DNA of 64,000 bases, taken from contig JACOXN010000006.1 in assembly GCA_016176295.1 (NCBI GenBank), forward strand, positions 18,466 through 82,465, given 5' to 3'. A program made the translations under genes and the position numbers. Under the pieces are notes generated by a model. It made no database searches, was not told the origin of the DNA, and saw only the letters and a program-made list of their open reading frames with translations. Positions within the stretch are counted from its first letter, which is position 1. Each line of letters begins with the position of its first letter. Source of the stretch: Candidatus Giovannonibacteria bacterium. GTDB lineage: Bacteria; Patescibacteriota; Minisyncoccia; UBA11713; 2-01-FULL-45-33. This document shows positions 29,534 to 39,375 of this stretch, piece by piece.

Positions 29534-30637
29534 ATGAAAATTAATTGTATTCTGGAAAATCTTAAAGAAGCGGTGCTTATCGCCGAAAGAAATACTTCAA
29601 AGAGCCAAAGTCTTCCGGTGCTTGGTTCGATTTTCATCGGCGCGGAAAACAACAAGATAACTTTGCGGGCCACGAACCTGGAAACAGCTCTCGAAATATT
29701 CATTCCCGGAAAAGTGCAGGAAAGCGGAACGGTAGTAGTGCCCGCGAAAGCTTTCGGTTCCTTTCTTTCCAATATTTCCGGCGACCAGATATTCCTCCAA
29801 AATCAAAAGGACAACCTGTTCGTAAAAACAAGCCAGACTCAGACGGTCTTAAGAGGTTATCCGAAAGATGATTTTCCGCTCTTTCCAAAAATAGAAAAAA
29901 CACATGTTTTTTCTATGTCGGCCCCGGAACTCCTGGAAAGTTTAGGCAGTGTGTCGGCCGCAGCGAGTCTTTCGGATATAAAGCCGGAACTGGCGAGCGT
30001 ATGTTTTAAAATTTTCAAAAATACGATGAAAATTGCTGCCACCGATTCATTTCGCCTTGCGGAGAAGACCATCGTTTCTAAGAATCTAAAAGAAGACAAA
30101 ATGACTACTTTCTTGGTGCCGCAGAGATCGGTCAATGAAATTGCGCGGATATTTGGCAAGGAAAGCATGTTGGAAATAGCTTTGAATAAAAATCAGCTTG
30201 TTATAAGCACGAACGATGTTAAGTTCATATCGCGCCTCACGGAAGGAAAATTTCCGGATTACGAGCAGATAGTGCCAAAAAATTTCACCACGGAGGCGGT
30301 TGTTAAGAAACAGGAATTGGTTCATTTCCTTAAATTAGCCAGCGTTTTCGTCGGCCGTTTGAACGATATCACTTTGTATTTTGATATTTCCAAAAAAACT
30401 TTATCCTTAAGATCTTCCAATGCCGATTTAGGCGAACATATGTCAGAAATAAACTCCACTATTCAGGGAGAAGAAGTGGAGATAAAATTCAACTGGAGAT
30501 ATCTTTTGGACGGCGTTTCCAACATCAACGCGGAGAGTCTGCAGTTCAGTCTTTCCGGCAGCCAGGCTCCCATGCTGCTAAAAGGCAAAGGCGACGCAAC
30601 TTTTTATTACATACTGATGCCGATGAGGGGGATTTGA
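29534..30637 (+). CDS. dnaN: DNA polymerase III beta clamp
   Basis: ATNLE, ATDSFRLAE, EGKFPDY, ILMPM. Confidence 0.97.
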   Translation: MKINCILENLKEAVLIAERNTSKSQSLPVLGSIFIGAENNKITLRATNLETALEIFIPGKVQESGTVVVPAKAFGSFLSNISGDQIFLQNQKDNLFVKTSQTQTVLRGYPKDDFPLFPKIEKTHVFSMSAPELLESLGSVSAAASLSDIKPELASVCFKIFKNTMKIAATDSFRLAEKTIVSKNLKEDKMTTFLVPQRSVNEIARIFGKESMLEIALNKNQLVISTNDVKFISRLTEGKFPDYEQIVPKNFTTEAVVKKQELVHFLKLASVFVGRLNDITLYFDISKKTLSLRSSNADLGEHMSEINSTIQGEEVEIKFNWRYLLDGVSNINAESLQFSLSGSQAPMLLKGKGDATFYYILMPMRGI

Positions 30638-33198
30638 AGTTTGTACTCGGTCATATTTCCGGCGCTGTCGAACAATTTAAGGCTCAAAGGAAGGGAATTT
30701 GAATTGTCCTGCGGTTTGATTGTTTTTAACGTGAAGCTGAACGGGGAATTTTTACTTGTGCCAAGATATGTTTGTGTATCGGATTCAAAATAATCTACCT
30801 GCGCTACGCCGTAAAAGCTGTCGAATTCCGGAGTGAGAGTTATAGTTTCGTCCATATTGTAGGAATTTTTTTGCGGGTCAATTTTTATCTGTTTTACTTT
30901 CGGAAATTTATCCGGCACATGGGTGTTGTCCGTTTCCTTCGGGATGACGCTTTCGTTCTGGTCCTCTAAGCCCCGCGCCCCGGCCCATTCCCTCACTTTC
31001 GTTTCCCAATTGCTAAATTGCGCGTCGTTCCACGGATTGGAGGGCTGAGGTCCCAGCGGGTCGTCTTTATTCAGCCAATAAAGTATGGAGTGAACACCCT
31101 GGATAACTTTTTCGTCTTTCATTTCCTGCGGCGTGTATTCCGTGGCTAATTTCCCGGACAGGCGGTCCACGGAATATTCCACTCCTCCATGCCATTCTCC
31201 TTTCAAAACCGGTTTATTCGCTTCAAAAGGGCCTGGTCTGTCGAAAGTTTCTTCCGGGTGTGAGTTTAAAAAACTACCCATCACTTCGCGCCAGATGGGG
31301 GCTACGATAAATCCCGCCACTTTTTTTTCCATGGGGGTGTTGTCGTTGTTTCCGGCCCAGGCGCCGATAATGACTGAAGGCGTGTAACCCACTATCCAAG
31401 CATCGCGGTAATCATTGGTAGTGCCGGTTTTCGCCGCAACCTCCTTTCCTGGAAAATAGAGCGCCGAAAATTCCCCGAAAGACGGAGCGCGGGCGTTATT
31501 GTCGGAAAGCATCTGGTTCATGGCTTTCGCAATATTTTCGTCTATAACCTGTGAAGGATCCATTTTGGCTTCAAATAAAACATTCGAGTCTTTATCTTCA
31601 ATTTTTAAAATATATCTATGCGGATTGCGGACTCCTTCATTGGCGAATATGCCGTACGCGGAGGTAAGTTCCAAAAGATTTACTTCTCCGCCTCCCAAAA
31701 CGAGTGTCAGGCCGTATCTTTCGGCATTGGCCAGAGTCGTTATGCCGAATTTTTTCGCGGTCTCCAGTGAATTATCGAGTCCTGCGAGATACAGCACCTT
31801 CACTGAAGGAATGTTGAGTGATTGGGCCAGAGCCTCACGGAAAGTTACCGGTCCTCTGAATTTGTTGTCATAATTTCCCGGATGATAACAAATTTTGTCC
31901 GATTCGGCCGGATTTGCGGCATAAACTCCGTTCGGCAGACAATTTACATTAAACTCCGTAAAAATGTCGAACACCACGGTGTCCGGCGTGTAACCTTTTT
32001 TTAGGGCGGTAGCATATACAAACGGCTTGAACGCGGAACCGGGCTGGCGGTTCCGCACGGCGATATTTACCTGCGGGTCGAAAGCGCAATTAACACCCGG
32101 CGAACAATCTTTGGGTTCCGGTTCGCCAAAGAAGTCTTTAGAACCCACCATGGCAAGCACATCGCCGGTTTTAGGGTCAATGGCCACTATGCTCGAATTG
32201 TTCGCGTTAAAGCTCTCCTGGTTGCTTTGAGCGAACTTATTTACGGCATCCTCGGCGCCGGCCTGCAGCGAGACGTCCAGTGTGGTTGTAACCTTAAATC
32301 CTCCGCGTTCGATGACATCGTCGCCAAAAAGTTCGGACAAAGATTCTTTCACTTCGGTCACGAAGTGCGGAGCGGTCATCCCCGAAGAAGCGGAGGTGGG
32401 TTTCGGTGAAAATTTAAGCGGTAATTTTTTTATATTCGCGTCATATTCGTCTTTGGTTATTAATTTCAGGCTTAACATACGCTCGAGAGCGAATTTTGCG
32501 CGGTTGTCTAGATCATCCTTATGTTTTCCGTAAGGAGAATAATAGGTTGTGGCGCGCACCATCGAGGAAAGATAAGCCGATTCGATCAGGTTCAGATCTT
32601 TAGCTTTTTTATTAAAAAAAGTTTCCGCAGCCGCCTCAATGCCGTAAGCGGAACTGCCGAAAGGTATCTGATTTAAATACAGCGCCAATATTTCATCCTT
32701 GGAATATTTTCTTTCGACTTTAAGAGAGAGAATTATTTCCTTTATCTTTCTGGTGATGGTTTTTTCCGGAGTGAGGAAAGTGTTTTTTACCAGCTGCTGG
32801 GTTATAGTGGAGCCGCCCTGTTCGGCGCTGCCGGAAAGAAAGTTGACCAGAACCGCTCTTAAAAGTGAAACTGGCCGGACGCCGAAGTGGGTGTAAAAAG
32901 AATCGTCTTCGAGCGCGATGGCGGAGTTTTTCACATATGCGGGGATATTTTCGAAAGGAATAACGGTCCGGTTTTCTTCACCGTGTATGTCGTAGAGCAT
33001 AGTTGTGCCGGTTCTGTCATAAATTTTGGTGGACTGTGTGACTATTCTTTCATTAAGGTCGTTTAAATCAGGTATCTTTGCCGTCAGCGCCACATAGAGG
33101 ATCCACAGTGTGAAAACACTGAGCGCGGCGGCGGCTCCGATAAAAAAAACCGATATGGTGCTTTTGTGACGTTTCAAAAATGAAGAATATCGTTTCAT
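30607..33198 (-). CDS. Class A penicillin-binding protein (transglycosylase/transpeptidase)
   Basis: EDDSFYTH, GGSTITQQL, RQPGSAFKP, SLNIP, AKTGT. Confidence 0.95.
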   Translation of the reverse strand: MKRYSSFLKRHKSTISVFFIGAAAALSVFTLWILYVALTAKIPDLNDLNERIVTQSTKIYDRTGTTMLYDIHGEENRTVIPFENIPAYVKNSAIALEDDSFYTHFGVRPVSLLRAVLVNFLSGSAEQGGSTITQQLVKNTFLTPEKTITRKIKEIILSLKVERKYSKDEILALYLNQIPFGSSAYGIEAAAETFFNKKAKDLNLIESAYLSSMVRATTYYSPYGKHKDDLDNRAKFALERMLSLKLITKDEYDANIKKLPLKFSPKPTSASSGMTAPHFVTEVKESLSELFGDDVIERGGFKVTTTLDVSLQAGAEDAVNKFAQSNQESFNANNSSIVAIDPKTGDVLAMVGSKDFFGEPEPKDCSPGVNCAFDPQVNIAVRNRQPGSAFKPFVYATALKKGYTPDTVVFDIFTEFNVNCLPNGVYAANPAESDKICYHPGNYDNKFRGPVTFREALAQSLNIPSVKVLYLAGLDNSLETAKKFGITTLANAERYGLTLVLGGGEVNLLELTSAYGIFANEGVRNPHRYILKIEDKDSNVLFEAKMDPSQVIDENIAKAMNQMLSDNNARAPSFGEFSALYFPGKEVAAKTGTTNDYRDAWIVGYTPSVIIGAWAGNNDNTPMEKKVAGFIVAPIWREVMGSFLNSHPEETFDRPGPFEANKPVLKGEWHGGVEYSVDRLSGKLATEYTPQEMKDEKVIQGVHSILYWLNKDDPLGPQPSNPWNDAQFSNWETKVREWAGARGLEDQNESVIPKETDNTHVPDKFPKVKQIKIDPQKNSYNMDETITLTPEFDSFYGVAQVDYFESDTQTYLGTSKNSPFSFTLKTIKPQDNSNSLPLSLKLFDSAGNMTEYKLQIPLIGISM

Positions 33199-33250
33199 GC
33201 GGCTTATTATAGGCTATTTTTAGCCCTTATGGTAGAGTAAAAATACTATT

Positions 33251-34414
33251 ATGAAACCAAATGAACAACTGGTTAACGAAGTTCTCCAACGCGGAGTGGA
33301 AGAGGTAATAGACAAAGAACATTTGCGCGGGAGTCTGCTTGCCGGGAAAAAATTGCGGATAAAATTCGGGATTGACCCCACGTCTCCCAATCTGCATCTT
33401 GGGCATGCGGTGGTATTGCGAAAATTAAAACAATTTCAAGAGTTGGGTCATAAAATTGTTTTTGTTATAGGAGACTATACCGCGCGCATCGGAGATCCGA
33501 CCGGTGTTTCAAAAACAAGGCAGGAACTGACCCAAAAAGAAGTAGAGCGTAATATGAAACATTATGTTTTACAGGCGCAAAAAATTCTGGATTTTAAAAA
33601 GGTTGAGGTTTGTTGGAATAGCAGATGGCTGCGAAAATTAGAGGGGAAAAAAATGTTTGAACTTTTGAGTATGGTGAGTGTAAATCAAATGTTGGAAAGG
33701 GATGATTTTGGCCAGAGAATATCTAATCATAGATCGGTAAGGATTCATGAGTTTTTATACCCCATATTGCAGGGTTATGATTCGGTTGTTTTAAAGACGG
33801 ATATAGAGGTGGGCGGCAAAGACCAACTTTTGAATATGCTCATGGGAAGAACGCTAATGGAAAAGTTCAATCTGAAGCCGCAGGATATTCTTACTGTGGG
33901 TCTGTTGGAAGGCACGGACGGAGTTCGTAAAATGAGCAAGAGCTACGGAAATGATATCGCGTTCGGAGAAAAACCGAATGATATGTTTGGGAAGATTATG
34001 TCCGTGCCGGATAATCTGGTGCATAAATATTTTGAATTGTTAACGGACATCAAACCGGAAAGTTTAAAAAAAATATCCTCATTTGAACAAAAAAAGAAAC
34101 TCGCGGGAGCTGTCGTACTGTTCATACATTCCAAGAAAGACGCGGATGTCGCGCGCGATTATTTTGAAAAAGTATTTTCCAAAAAAGAAATTCCCGAAGA
34201 CCTAGAAATCATTGAGGCCGCAACCGGAGAAAAATGGACTGACATTCTTGTCAGAGCAAAATTATCTTCTTCCAAGTCGGAGGCCTCACGCCTGATAAAA
34301 GGCGGCGGGTTGAGTCTCGACGGGGTCAAGATCGCGCGGCCGGACGAAATAGTTTTGGCGGGGGGCGTTTTAAAGATAGGAAAACACAAATTTATCAGGT
34401 TGAAGTTTAAATAA
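33251..34414 (+). CDS. tyrS: Tyrosyl-tRNA synthetase
   Basis: GIDPTSPNLHLGH, YPILQGYD, KMSKS, C-terminal S4 domain. Confidence 0.96.
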   Translation: MKPNEQLVNEVLQRGVEEVIDKEHLRGSLLAGKKLRIKFGIDPTSPNLHLGHAVVLRKLKQFQELGHKIVFVIGDYTARIGDPTGVSKTRQELTQKEVERNMKHYVLQAQKILDFKKVEVCWNSRWLRKLEGKKMFELLSMVSVNQMLERDDFGQRISNHRSVRIHEFLYPILQGYDSVVLKTDIEVGGKDQLLNMLMGRTLMEKFNLKPQDILTVGLLEGTDGVRKMSKSYGNDIAFGEKPNDMFGKIMSVPDNLVHKYFELLTDIKPESLKKISSFEQKKKLAGAVVLFIHSKKDADVARDYFEKVFSKKEIPEDLEIIEAATGEKWTDILVRAKLSSSKSEASRLIKGGGLSLDGVKIARPDEIVLAGGVLKIGKHKFIRLKFK

Positions 34415-34421
34415 ACAAAGA

Positions 34422-34459
34422 AAAGAAAACCACCCCGCATTCGCGGGGTGGTTTTCTTT
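34422..34459. terminator. Bidirectional intrinsic terminator
   Basis: aaagaaaaccaccccgc-attc-gcggggtggttttcttt, perfect 17-bp stem. Confidence 0.85.
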
Positions 34460-34472
34460 GATTACACAAAAA

Positions 34473-34616
34473 TTATTCTTCCAAATCTTCTTCCAACTCC
34501 CAGGAGCTAAGATCTTCGAGATCCTCTTCCGGGTCCTCGTTCGAATCAACGTCCTCATCCAAGCCTCCCGGCTCGGTGTCTTCTTTTGGTTCGTCGTTGT
34601 CGATAAAATCCGGCAT
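34473..34616 (-). CDS. 47-aa hyper-acidic microprotein
   Basis: MPDFIDNDEPKEDTEPGGLDEDVDSNEDPEEDLEDLSSWELEEDLEE; stop lies just before the terminator. Confidence 0.6.
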   Translation of the reverse strand: MPDFIDNDEPKEDTEPGGLDEDVDSNEDPEEDLEDLSSWELEEDLEE

Positions 34617-34684
34617 ACCGATGGTAAAATTTCTTAATAATTTTAAAAAAATTCGACCGATGTCAAAAGAATAAGAGAGTTTAA

Positions 34685-35179
34685 TTATGAAGGCAAATAT
34701 TGGTGTGGATAACCTGTGTGCACAAGGGCCGTTAACGCTAAGGCTATGGCGTCAGTTTCGTCGTCCAAAAGCTTTTCCGTGGGCATTTTTATGGAATATC
34801 CAAGCATTGAAGCTACGTCTTTTTTATCCGCCCGGCCGTATCCGCAGACCGCCATTTTGACCTCGAGCGGAGTGAATTCCCGGATGACGGCCTTATATTT
34901 TTGGGAGGCGGTCAATATAGCGCCTCTTACCTCGCCGATCACCGAAGCGGTCTTTAAATTTTTCGCGAAGAAAAGTTTTTCAACACTTATCATGTCGGGG
35001 TTTTCTTTTTGAATAAGCTTTTCCAAAAAATCATAAATTTCGAACAACCTTTCCGGGGTAGGCTGAGTTTTTAACGTTCTTTTTACGCCCGAAGACATTC
35101 TTTCGATATTACCTTCATTTTTTTTGAGTATCGCCCATCCGAGTCTTTCTATTCCCGGATCGATGCCTAATACTTTCAT
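34685..35179 (-). CDS. ruvC: Holliday junction resolvase
   Basis: MKVLGIDPG, EKLFF, FTPLEVK, DDETDAIA. Confidence 0.94.
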   Translation of the reverse strand: MKVLGIDPGIERLGWAILKKNEGNIERMSSGVKRTLKTQPTPERLFEIYDFLEKLIQKENPDMISVEKLFFAKNLKTASVIGEVRGAILTASQKYKAVIREFTPLEVKMAVCGYGRADKKDVASMLGYSIKMPTEKLLDDETDAIALALTALVHTGYPHQYLPS

Positions 35180-35180
35180 G

Positions 35181-35729
35181 TCATTGGGCGGATGATGTTT
35201 CCGCGTTCGAGTAGACCTCCTGCACGTCTTCGTTGTCATCAAGCGCGGAAAGAAGATCCTCAAAAAGTTTGGAATCGTGTTCCGAGAGGGTGAGAGGAAA
35301 TTTGGCGGTAAACTCCATCCCTTTTTTATCAAAGGCCCACATGGCGGAGCCGTGTTCGCCTAGTTTTCCACCATGAAGGGAAAGAGTGTGTTTTATCTCG
35401 TTCGTTGTCCGGTTGGAGTTATCCGTGATCGCGGTAACTATCAGAGCCGATCCTCCGGGTCCGTAAGCTTCGTAAAGAACTTCTTTCAATTCGGAGCTGT
35501 CTTTTTCCGCGGCTCTTTTGACGGCCCGCTCGATGTTTTCCTTGGGTAAGTTCACGGCTTTCGCTTCTTCGATGGCCGCCGCAAGTTTGGAATTTGACCG
35601 CGGGTCTCCGCCCATCTCTTTGACCGCGATCGTGATGACTTTTGAAAGTTTGGAAAAAAGCTGGCCGCGTTTCGCGTCCGAGGCTGTTTTTTTATGTTTT
35701 ATTTGCGCCCATTTTGAATGTCCGGACAT
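35181..35729 (-). CDS. yebC: YebC/PmpR family protein (short form)
   Basis: MSGHSKWAQIKHKK, YEAYGPGG, TDNSNRT, DVQEVYSN. Confidence 0.93.
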   Translation of the reverse strand: MSGHSKWAQIKHKKTASDAKRGQLFSKLSKVITIAVKEMGGDPRSNSKLAAAIEEAKAVNLPKENIERAVKRAAEKDSSELKEVLYEAYGPGGSALIVTAITDNSNRTTNEIKHTLSLHGGKLGEHGSAMWAFDKKGMEFTAKFPLTLSEHDSKLFEDLLSALDDNEDVQEVYSNAETSSAQ

Positions 35730-35733
35730 ATTT

Positions 35734-36237
35734 TTATGCTGTTCGTTGTTTTCTTGCCTCCGATAAAATTACTTCCTTGGCTTTATATACGCCGGGAACT
35801 TGTTTTATGGAAAAAGAGCGTTCCCCGGCCGTTTGTATCGTTATATTTCCGTATTTCAGCACGGTAGCGGTCATGTTCGGGATTTCAATGGTAACGTCTT
35901 GGACTTTGTTGATCATAAATTCGGATATCTCGCGTTTAAAGAGGCCGCTTTGTTCGATATCCACGATCCTCTCATTGGTAATTATCCAAACATCCAGATA
36001 ATAATCAAGCCAGGCCAAAAAAGTAAAAAGAACTATGAGCATGGAATAAATAACAGTAAAGAACCAAAAAAAAGGCCAGGAAACATATTGGACGGTTATA
36101 TCGAAAGATTTAATGAGCGCGGCTGCCGGGTAGGGTAGTATCAAAATGAAAAGACCGAGTACCAGTCGTTCCGCGATGACTATCCAATGCCGGTGCATAA
36201 CGAGCAAAATCTCCTCTTTTTCATGCAGATTTATCAT
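35734..36237 (-). CDS. Membrane-associated bacterial PH domain protein
   Basis: Two TMs, WIITNERIVDIEQ...KVQDV...YGNITIQTAG. Confidence 0.8.
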   Translation of the reverse strand: MINLHEKEEILLVMHRHWIVIAERLVLGLFILILPYPAAALIKSFDITVQYVSWPFFWFFTVIYSMLIVLFTFLAWLDYYLDVWIITNERIVDIEQSGLFKREISEFMINKVQDVTIEIPNMTATVLKYGNITIQTAGERSFSIKQVPGVYKAKEVILSEARKQRTA

Positions 36238-36437
36238 ATTAATACCGGCAAATTAAAGAATAAAACTGCCGAAATAACCGTTAATATTATGGTAATGCTT
36301 AAAAAAACTTTAACGGATAAGTAGGAAAGGTCTTTTTTGGTGGAGAATTCTTTAACGTGCCATAAAATAGCCAGCACGAAGAACCAATAAACTGCCAAAA
36401 AAACACCGTAAATAGCTAATATCAGCCAAAAATTCAT
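36234..36437 (-). CDS. Small two-TM protein
   Basis: Hydrophobic 67 aa; 4-nt overlap with the next gene. Confidence 0.65.
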   Translation of the reverse strand: MNFWLILAIYGVFLAVYWFFVLAILWHVKEFSTKKDLSYLSVKVFLSITIILTVISAVLFFNLPVLI

Positions 36438-36465
36438 ATCTCAATATTATCACTTTAGTAGCACT

Positions 36466-37488
36466 TTACACCAATTTTTGCTGCGGAGGTATTACCCCAA
36501 GGTGTTCATAGGCGCGCGGTGTGGCGATGCGGCCGCGGGTGGTGCGGTCCAAAAATCCGAGCTGCATCAGATAAGGTTCAGAAACTTCTTCAATGGTATC
36601 CTCTTCTTCCCGAAGCGAGGCCGCAATGGTGCCGATGCCCACGGGCCCGCCGGAAAATTTGCGGATAATCGTGTCCAATATTTTAATATCCAGCGTTTCA
36701 AGGCCTTTTTCGTCTATTTCCAAAAGGGCGAGAGCTTTTTTGGCGAGCTCTTCGGTTACAATACCTTCGCCGTGGACTTCGGCGTAATCGCGGGCGCGTT
36801 TTAAAAGGCGGTTCGCTATGCGGGGAGTGAATCGCGAGCGGGAAGCGATGGTGTTTATAGCCTCATCCTTTATTTCTACGCCCAGTATCCCCGCCGACCT
36901 TCTGATTATTTTTTCAATATCTCCCTGGTTGTAAAAATCCAAACGGAAAGAACCTCCGGAAAAACGGGACCGGAAAGGAGAAGAGAGGAGCGCGATCCGG
37001 GTTGTCGCCGCAACCATGGTAAATTGCGGCAGTTCAAGCTGTAAAGTGCGCGCGGTGGGTCCCTTGCCGATGATAATGTCGAGAGAACGGTTCTCCATCG
37101 CCGGGTAGAGCGATTCTTCGACAAGTTTATTCAAACGATGTACTTCGTCTATGAACAATATGTCTCCCGGAGAGATATTTGTGAGGATGGATGCGAGATC
37201 ACCTACTTTTTCGATGGCCGGGCCGGATGTTATTTTTATTTGAGCATTTATTTCTTTGGCGACCAGATGGGCGAGCGTGGTTTTTCCGAGGCCGGCCGGG
37301 CCGTGGAAAAGCATATGTTCAACCGGTTCACCCCTTTTTTTGGCGGCTTCAATGAGAATTTTTAGATTCCTTTTGATATTTTCCTGTCCGATATATTCAT
37401 TAAAGGTTCCGGGGCGCAAAGCTAAATCCAGCGATTTGTCCTCGCTCCGTTTTTTCGTTATAGGGGGATCTTTTTCAGCTCTTGACAT
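36466..37488 (-). CDS. ruvB: Holliday junction helicase RuvB
   Basis: LRPGTFNEYIGQ, GPAGLGKTT, FIDEVHRL, TPRIANRLL. Confidence 0.97.
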   Translation of the reverse strand: MSRAEKDPPITKKRSEDKSLDLALRPGTFNEYIGQENIKRNLKILIEAAKKRGEPVEHMLFHGPAGLGKTTLAHLVAKEINAQIKITSGPAIEKVGDLASILTNISPGDILFIDEVHRLNKLVEESLYPAMENRSLDIIIGKGPTARTLQLELPQFTMVAATTRIALLSSPFRSRFSGGSFRLDFYNQGDIEKIIRRSAGILGVEIKDEAINTIASRSRFTPRIANRLLKRARDYAEVHGEGIVTEELAKKALALLEIDEKGLETLDIKILDTIIRKFSGGPVGIGTIAASLREEEDTIEEVSEPYLMQLGFLDRTTRGRIATPRAYEHLGVIPPQQKLV

Positions 37489-37548
37489 TATTAAAATTAT
37501 TTGCTATACTGCCTGAAATTAGCTTTATTTACAGATTAATATGCGTTT

Positions 37549-37717
37549 CTGCCAATTAGTCTCTGGGCGATTATTCCTAATATAGGAATAGCTGGTTTTC
37601 TCTCAGACTCGGATAACCTTGTGCCTACTTTTAGTATGATTTACTCGGTTACTCCTCAGAGAATACCTAAGCTCTGTCTACCCATGGACGAGCAATCGCC
37701 TAGAGACTAATTAGCGG
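37549..37717. ncRNA. Structured ncRNA candidate (6S RNA-like rod) or MITE
   Basis: 19-bp closing stem 37554-37572 / 37694-37712, inner stems and two side hairpins; strand unresolved. Confidence 0.5.
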
Positions 37718-37719
37718 AA

Positions 37720-39366
37720 CTACTCCGCGGCAACTCTATTTAATTCATCAAAGGACGTGACCCCGTCCATTACTTTTAAAATACCGTCCTGGAACATGGT
37801 TAGCATTCCTTGTTCCAGCGCCTTTTTTCTGATGTCCGATTCCGAAGGGTTATTGATAATAAGGCGCTCAATTTCGTCGGTTATTAGAAATGCCTCAAAC
37901 ACCCCTATTCGTCCTTTGTATCCGGTCATGTTGCAGGCTTCGCACTTGTTGCTTTTCCAAAGTTTAAGTTTTTCGGGCATCGGCCGGGAATAGACAGGCG
38001 GCATTTCTTTAAGCGCTTTTTCAAATATTTTTTTCTCTTCGTCGGTCGCATCCTCCTCGGTTTTGCATTTCGGACAGAGCACCCGCACGAGCCGCTGTGC
38101 CATAGCGGTGTTTATCGCTGGTGAAATTATGTTTGGTTTTACCCCAAGGTCCAGAAGACGCGGTATCGTACCCGGGGCGTTGTTGGTGTGCAAGGTAGAG
38201 AAGACCAAGTGGCCGGTGAGCGCCGCATGCATTGCAATCTCGGCGGTTTCGAAGTCTCTTATTTCCCCCACGAGTATCACGTCGGGGTCCTGGCGCAGGA
38301 TGGATCTTAAACCGTTCGAAAAGTCATAGCCTCTCGCAGCGTCCACTTGTGTCTGGGTAACGTACGGGATGTGATACTCAATAGGATCCTCAATGGTGAT
38401 TATTTTTATTTCCGGCGAGGATATTTTTTTCAAAAAAGTGTAAAGAGTGGTGGTTTTTCCCGAACCTGTCGGGCCGGTCGTAAGTATCATGCCGTTGGGG
38501 CGGTCCAGTTCATGCTGCATTATTTTGAAAAGCTCCGGCTGCATACCCAGGTGTTCGAATTCCATTTCGATGGTTTTGGAGAGAAGAAGCCTCATCACTA
38601 CGGATTCACCGTAAGGGCCGGGAAGCACCGAAGTTCTTACCTCTACATCTTCACCTTTGGTTTTTATAGTGAACCTTCCGTCCTGCGGCCGGTCATGGAT
38701 ATTAAGTTTTATCTCCGAGATAAGCTTTATCCGCGAGAGTATCAATTGAAAAGTGGCATGGGGCATTTCAACCAGGTCCTGGAGCACGCCATCCAGTCTG
38801 AGGCGGATTCTCGCGGTCGAGACGCCGGGCTCGACGTGGATGTCGGAAGCTTCTACCGCTAAGGCTCCGGAGAGCAGAAGTTCCAGCGTATCGGACGCTT
38901 TTCTGGTGTCCTTTTCCCTGACCATTTGCGCCAATTTCTGTTTTAAATTATCGATAGTGTGAAAAGTGGCGACGAACGATTCCAGCTTGGCTTTGGAAAC
39001 GTCAACCGTACCAGATATCATTTCCTCAAATTTCGGGATTTCCTTGTACATGTCGATAGCTTTTTTCAAGCTAGTCGGGGATACCAAAAAGAGCTGTACT
39101 TCGTACTTTTTCCTTGTGAGATTGTCCAATACTTCCGCCAGCCCGGGCCGGTCGGGGTTGGTTACCACTATTTGGAGCTTTTTGCCTACGCTTTGTATGA
39201 CCGCCACTGAATTCGCCCCGGCTTCTTTTTCCGGGATGATTCTCAATGAATCCAAATCCACCGTCGCACGCGCGAGGTCCAGATAAGGTATCCCATGTTT
39301 CTGCGCCAGCCTGCGCGCCAGCTCTTCTTCTTCCTTCTTGCGCAGTTCTTGGAGCACGTCTTCCAT
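37720..39366 (-). CDS. pilB: Type IV pilus/T2SS assembly ATPase (PilB/GspE)
   Basis: ASDIHVEP, PQDGRF, TGPTGSGKTT, LRQDPDVILVGEIRD, STLHTN, CPKC/CEAC. Confidence 0.93.
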   Translation of the reverse strand: MEDVLQELRKKEEEELARRLAQKHGIPYLDLARATVDLDSLRIIPEKEAGANSVAVIQSVGKKLQIVVTNPDRPGLAEVLDNLTRKKYEVQLFLVSPTSLKKAIDMYKEIPKFEEMISGTVDVSKAKLESFVATFHTIDNLKQKLAQMVREKDTRKASDTLELLLSGALAVEASDIHVEPGVSTARIRLRLDGVLQDLVEMPHATFQLILSRIKLISEIKLNIHDRPQDGRFTIKTKGEDVEVRTSVLPGPYGESVVMRLLLSKTIEMEFEHLGMQPELFKIMQHELDRPNGMILTTGPTGSGKTTTLYTFLKKISSPEIKIITIEDPIEYHIPYVTQTQVDAARGYDFSNGLRSILRQDPDVILVGEIRDFETAEIAMHAALTGHLVFSTLHTNNAPGTIPRLLDLGVKPNIISPAINTAMAQRLVRVLCPKCKTEEDATDEEKKIFEKALKEMPPVYSRPMPEKLKLWKSNKCEACNMTGYKGRIGVFEAFLITDEIERLIINNPSESDIRKKALEQGMLTMFQDGILKVMDGVTSFDELNRVAAE

Positions 39367-39375
39367 ATATTGATT

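Noticed and set aside
30607..30637. 31-nt convergent overlap of dnaN and the PBP gene
   Set aside because: Short tail-to-tail overlaps are common in compact genomes.
34704..34712. DnaA box at the ruvC 3' end as an alternative origin
   Set aside because: It is an isolated box; the dnaA-dnaN gap has the box plus AT-rich unwinding tract expected of oriC.
35180..35332. Long N-terminus of ruvC in the ORF track
   Set aside because: It overlaps yebC; the canonical start MKVLGIDPG is at 35179.
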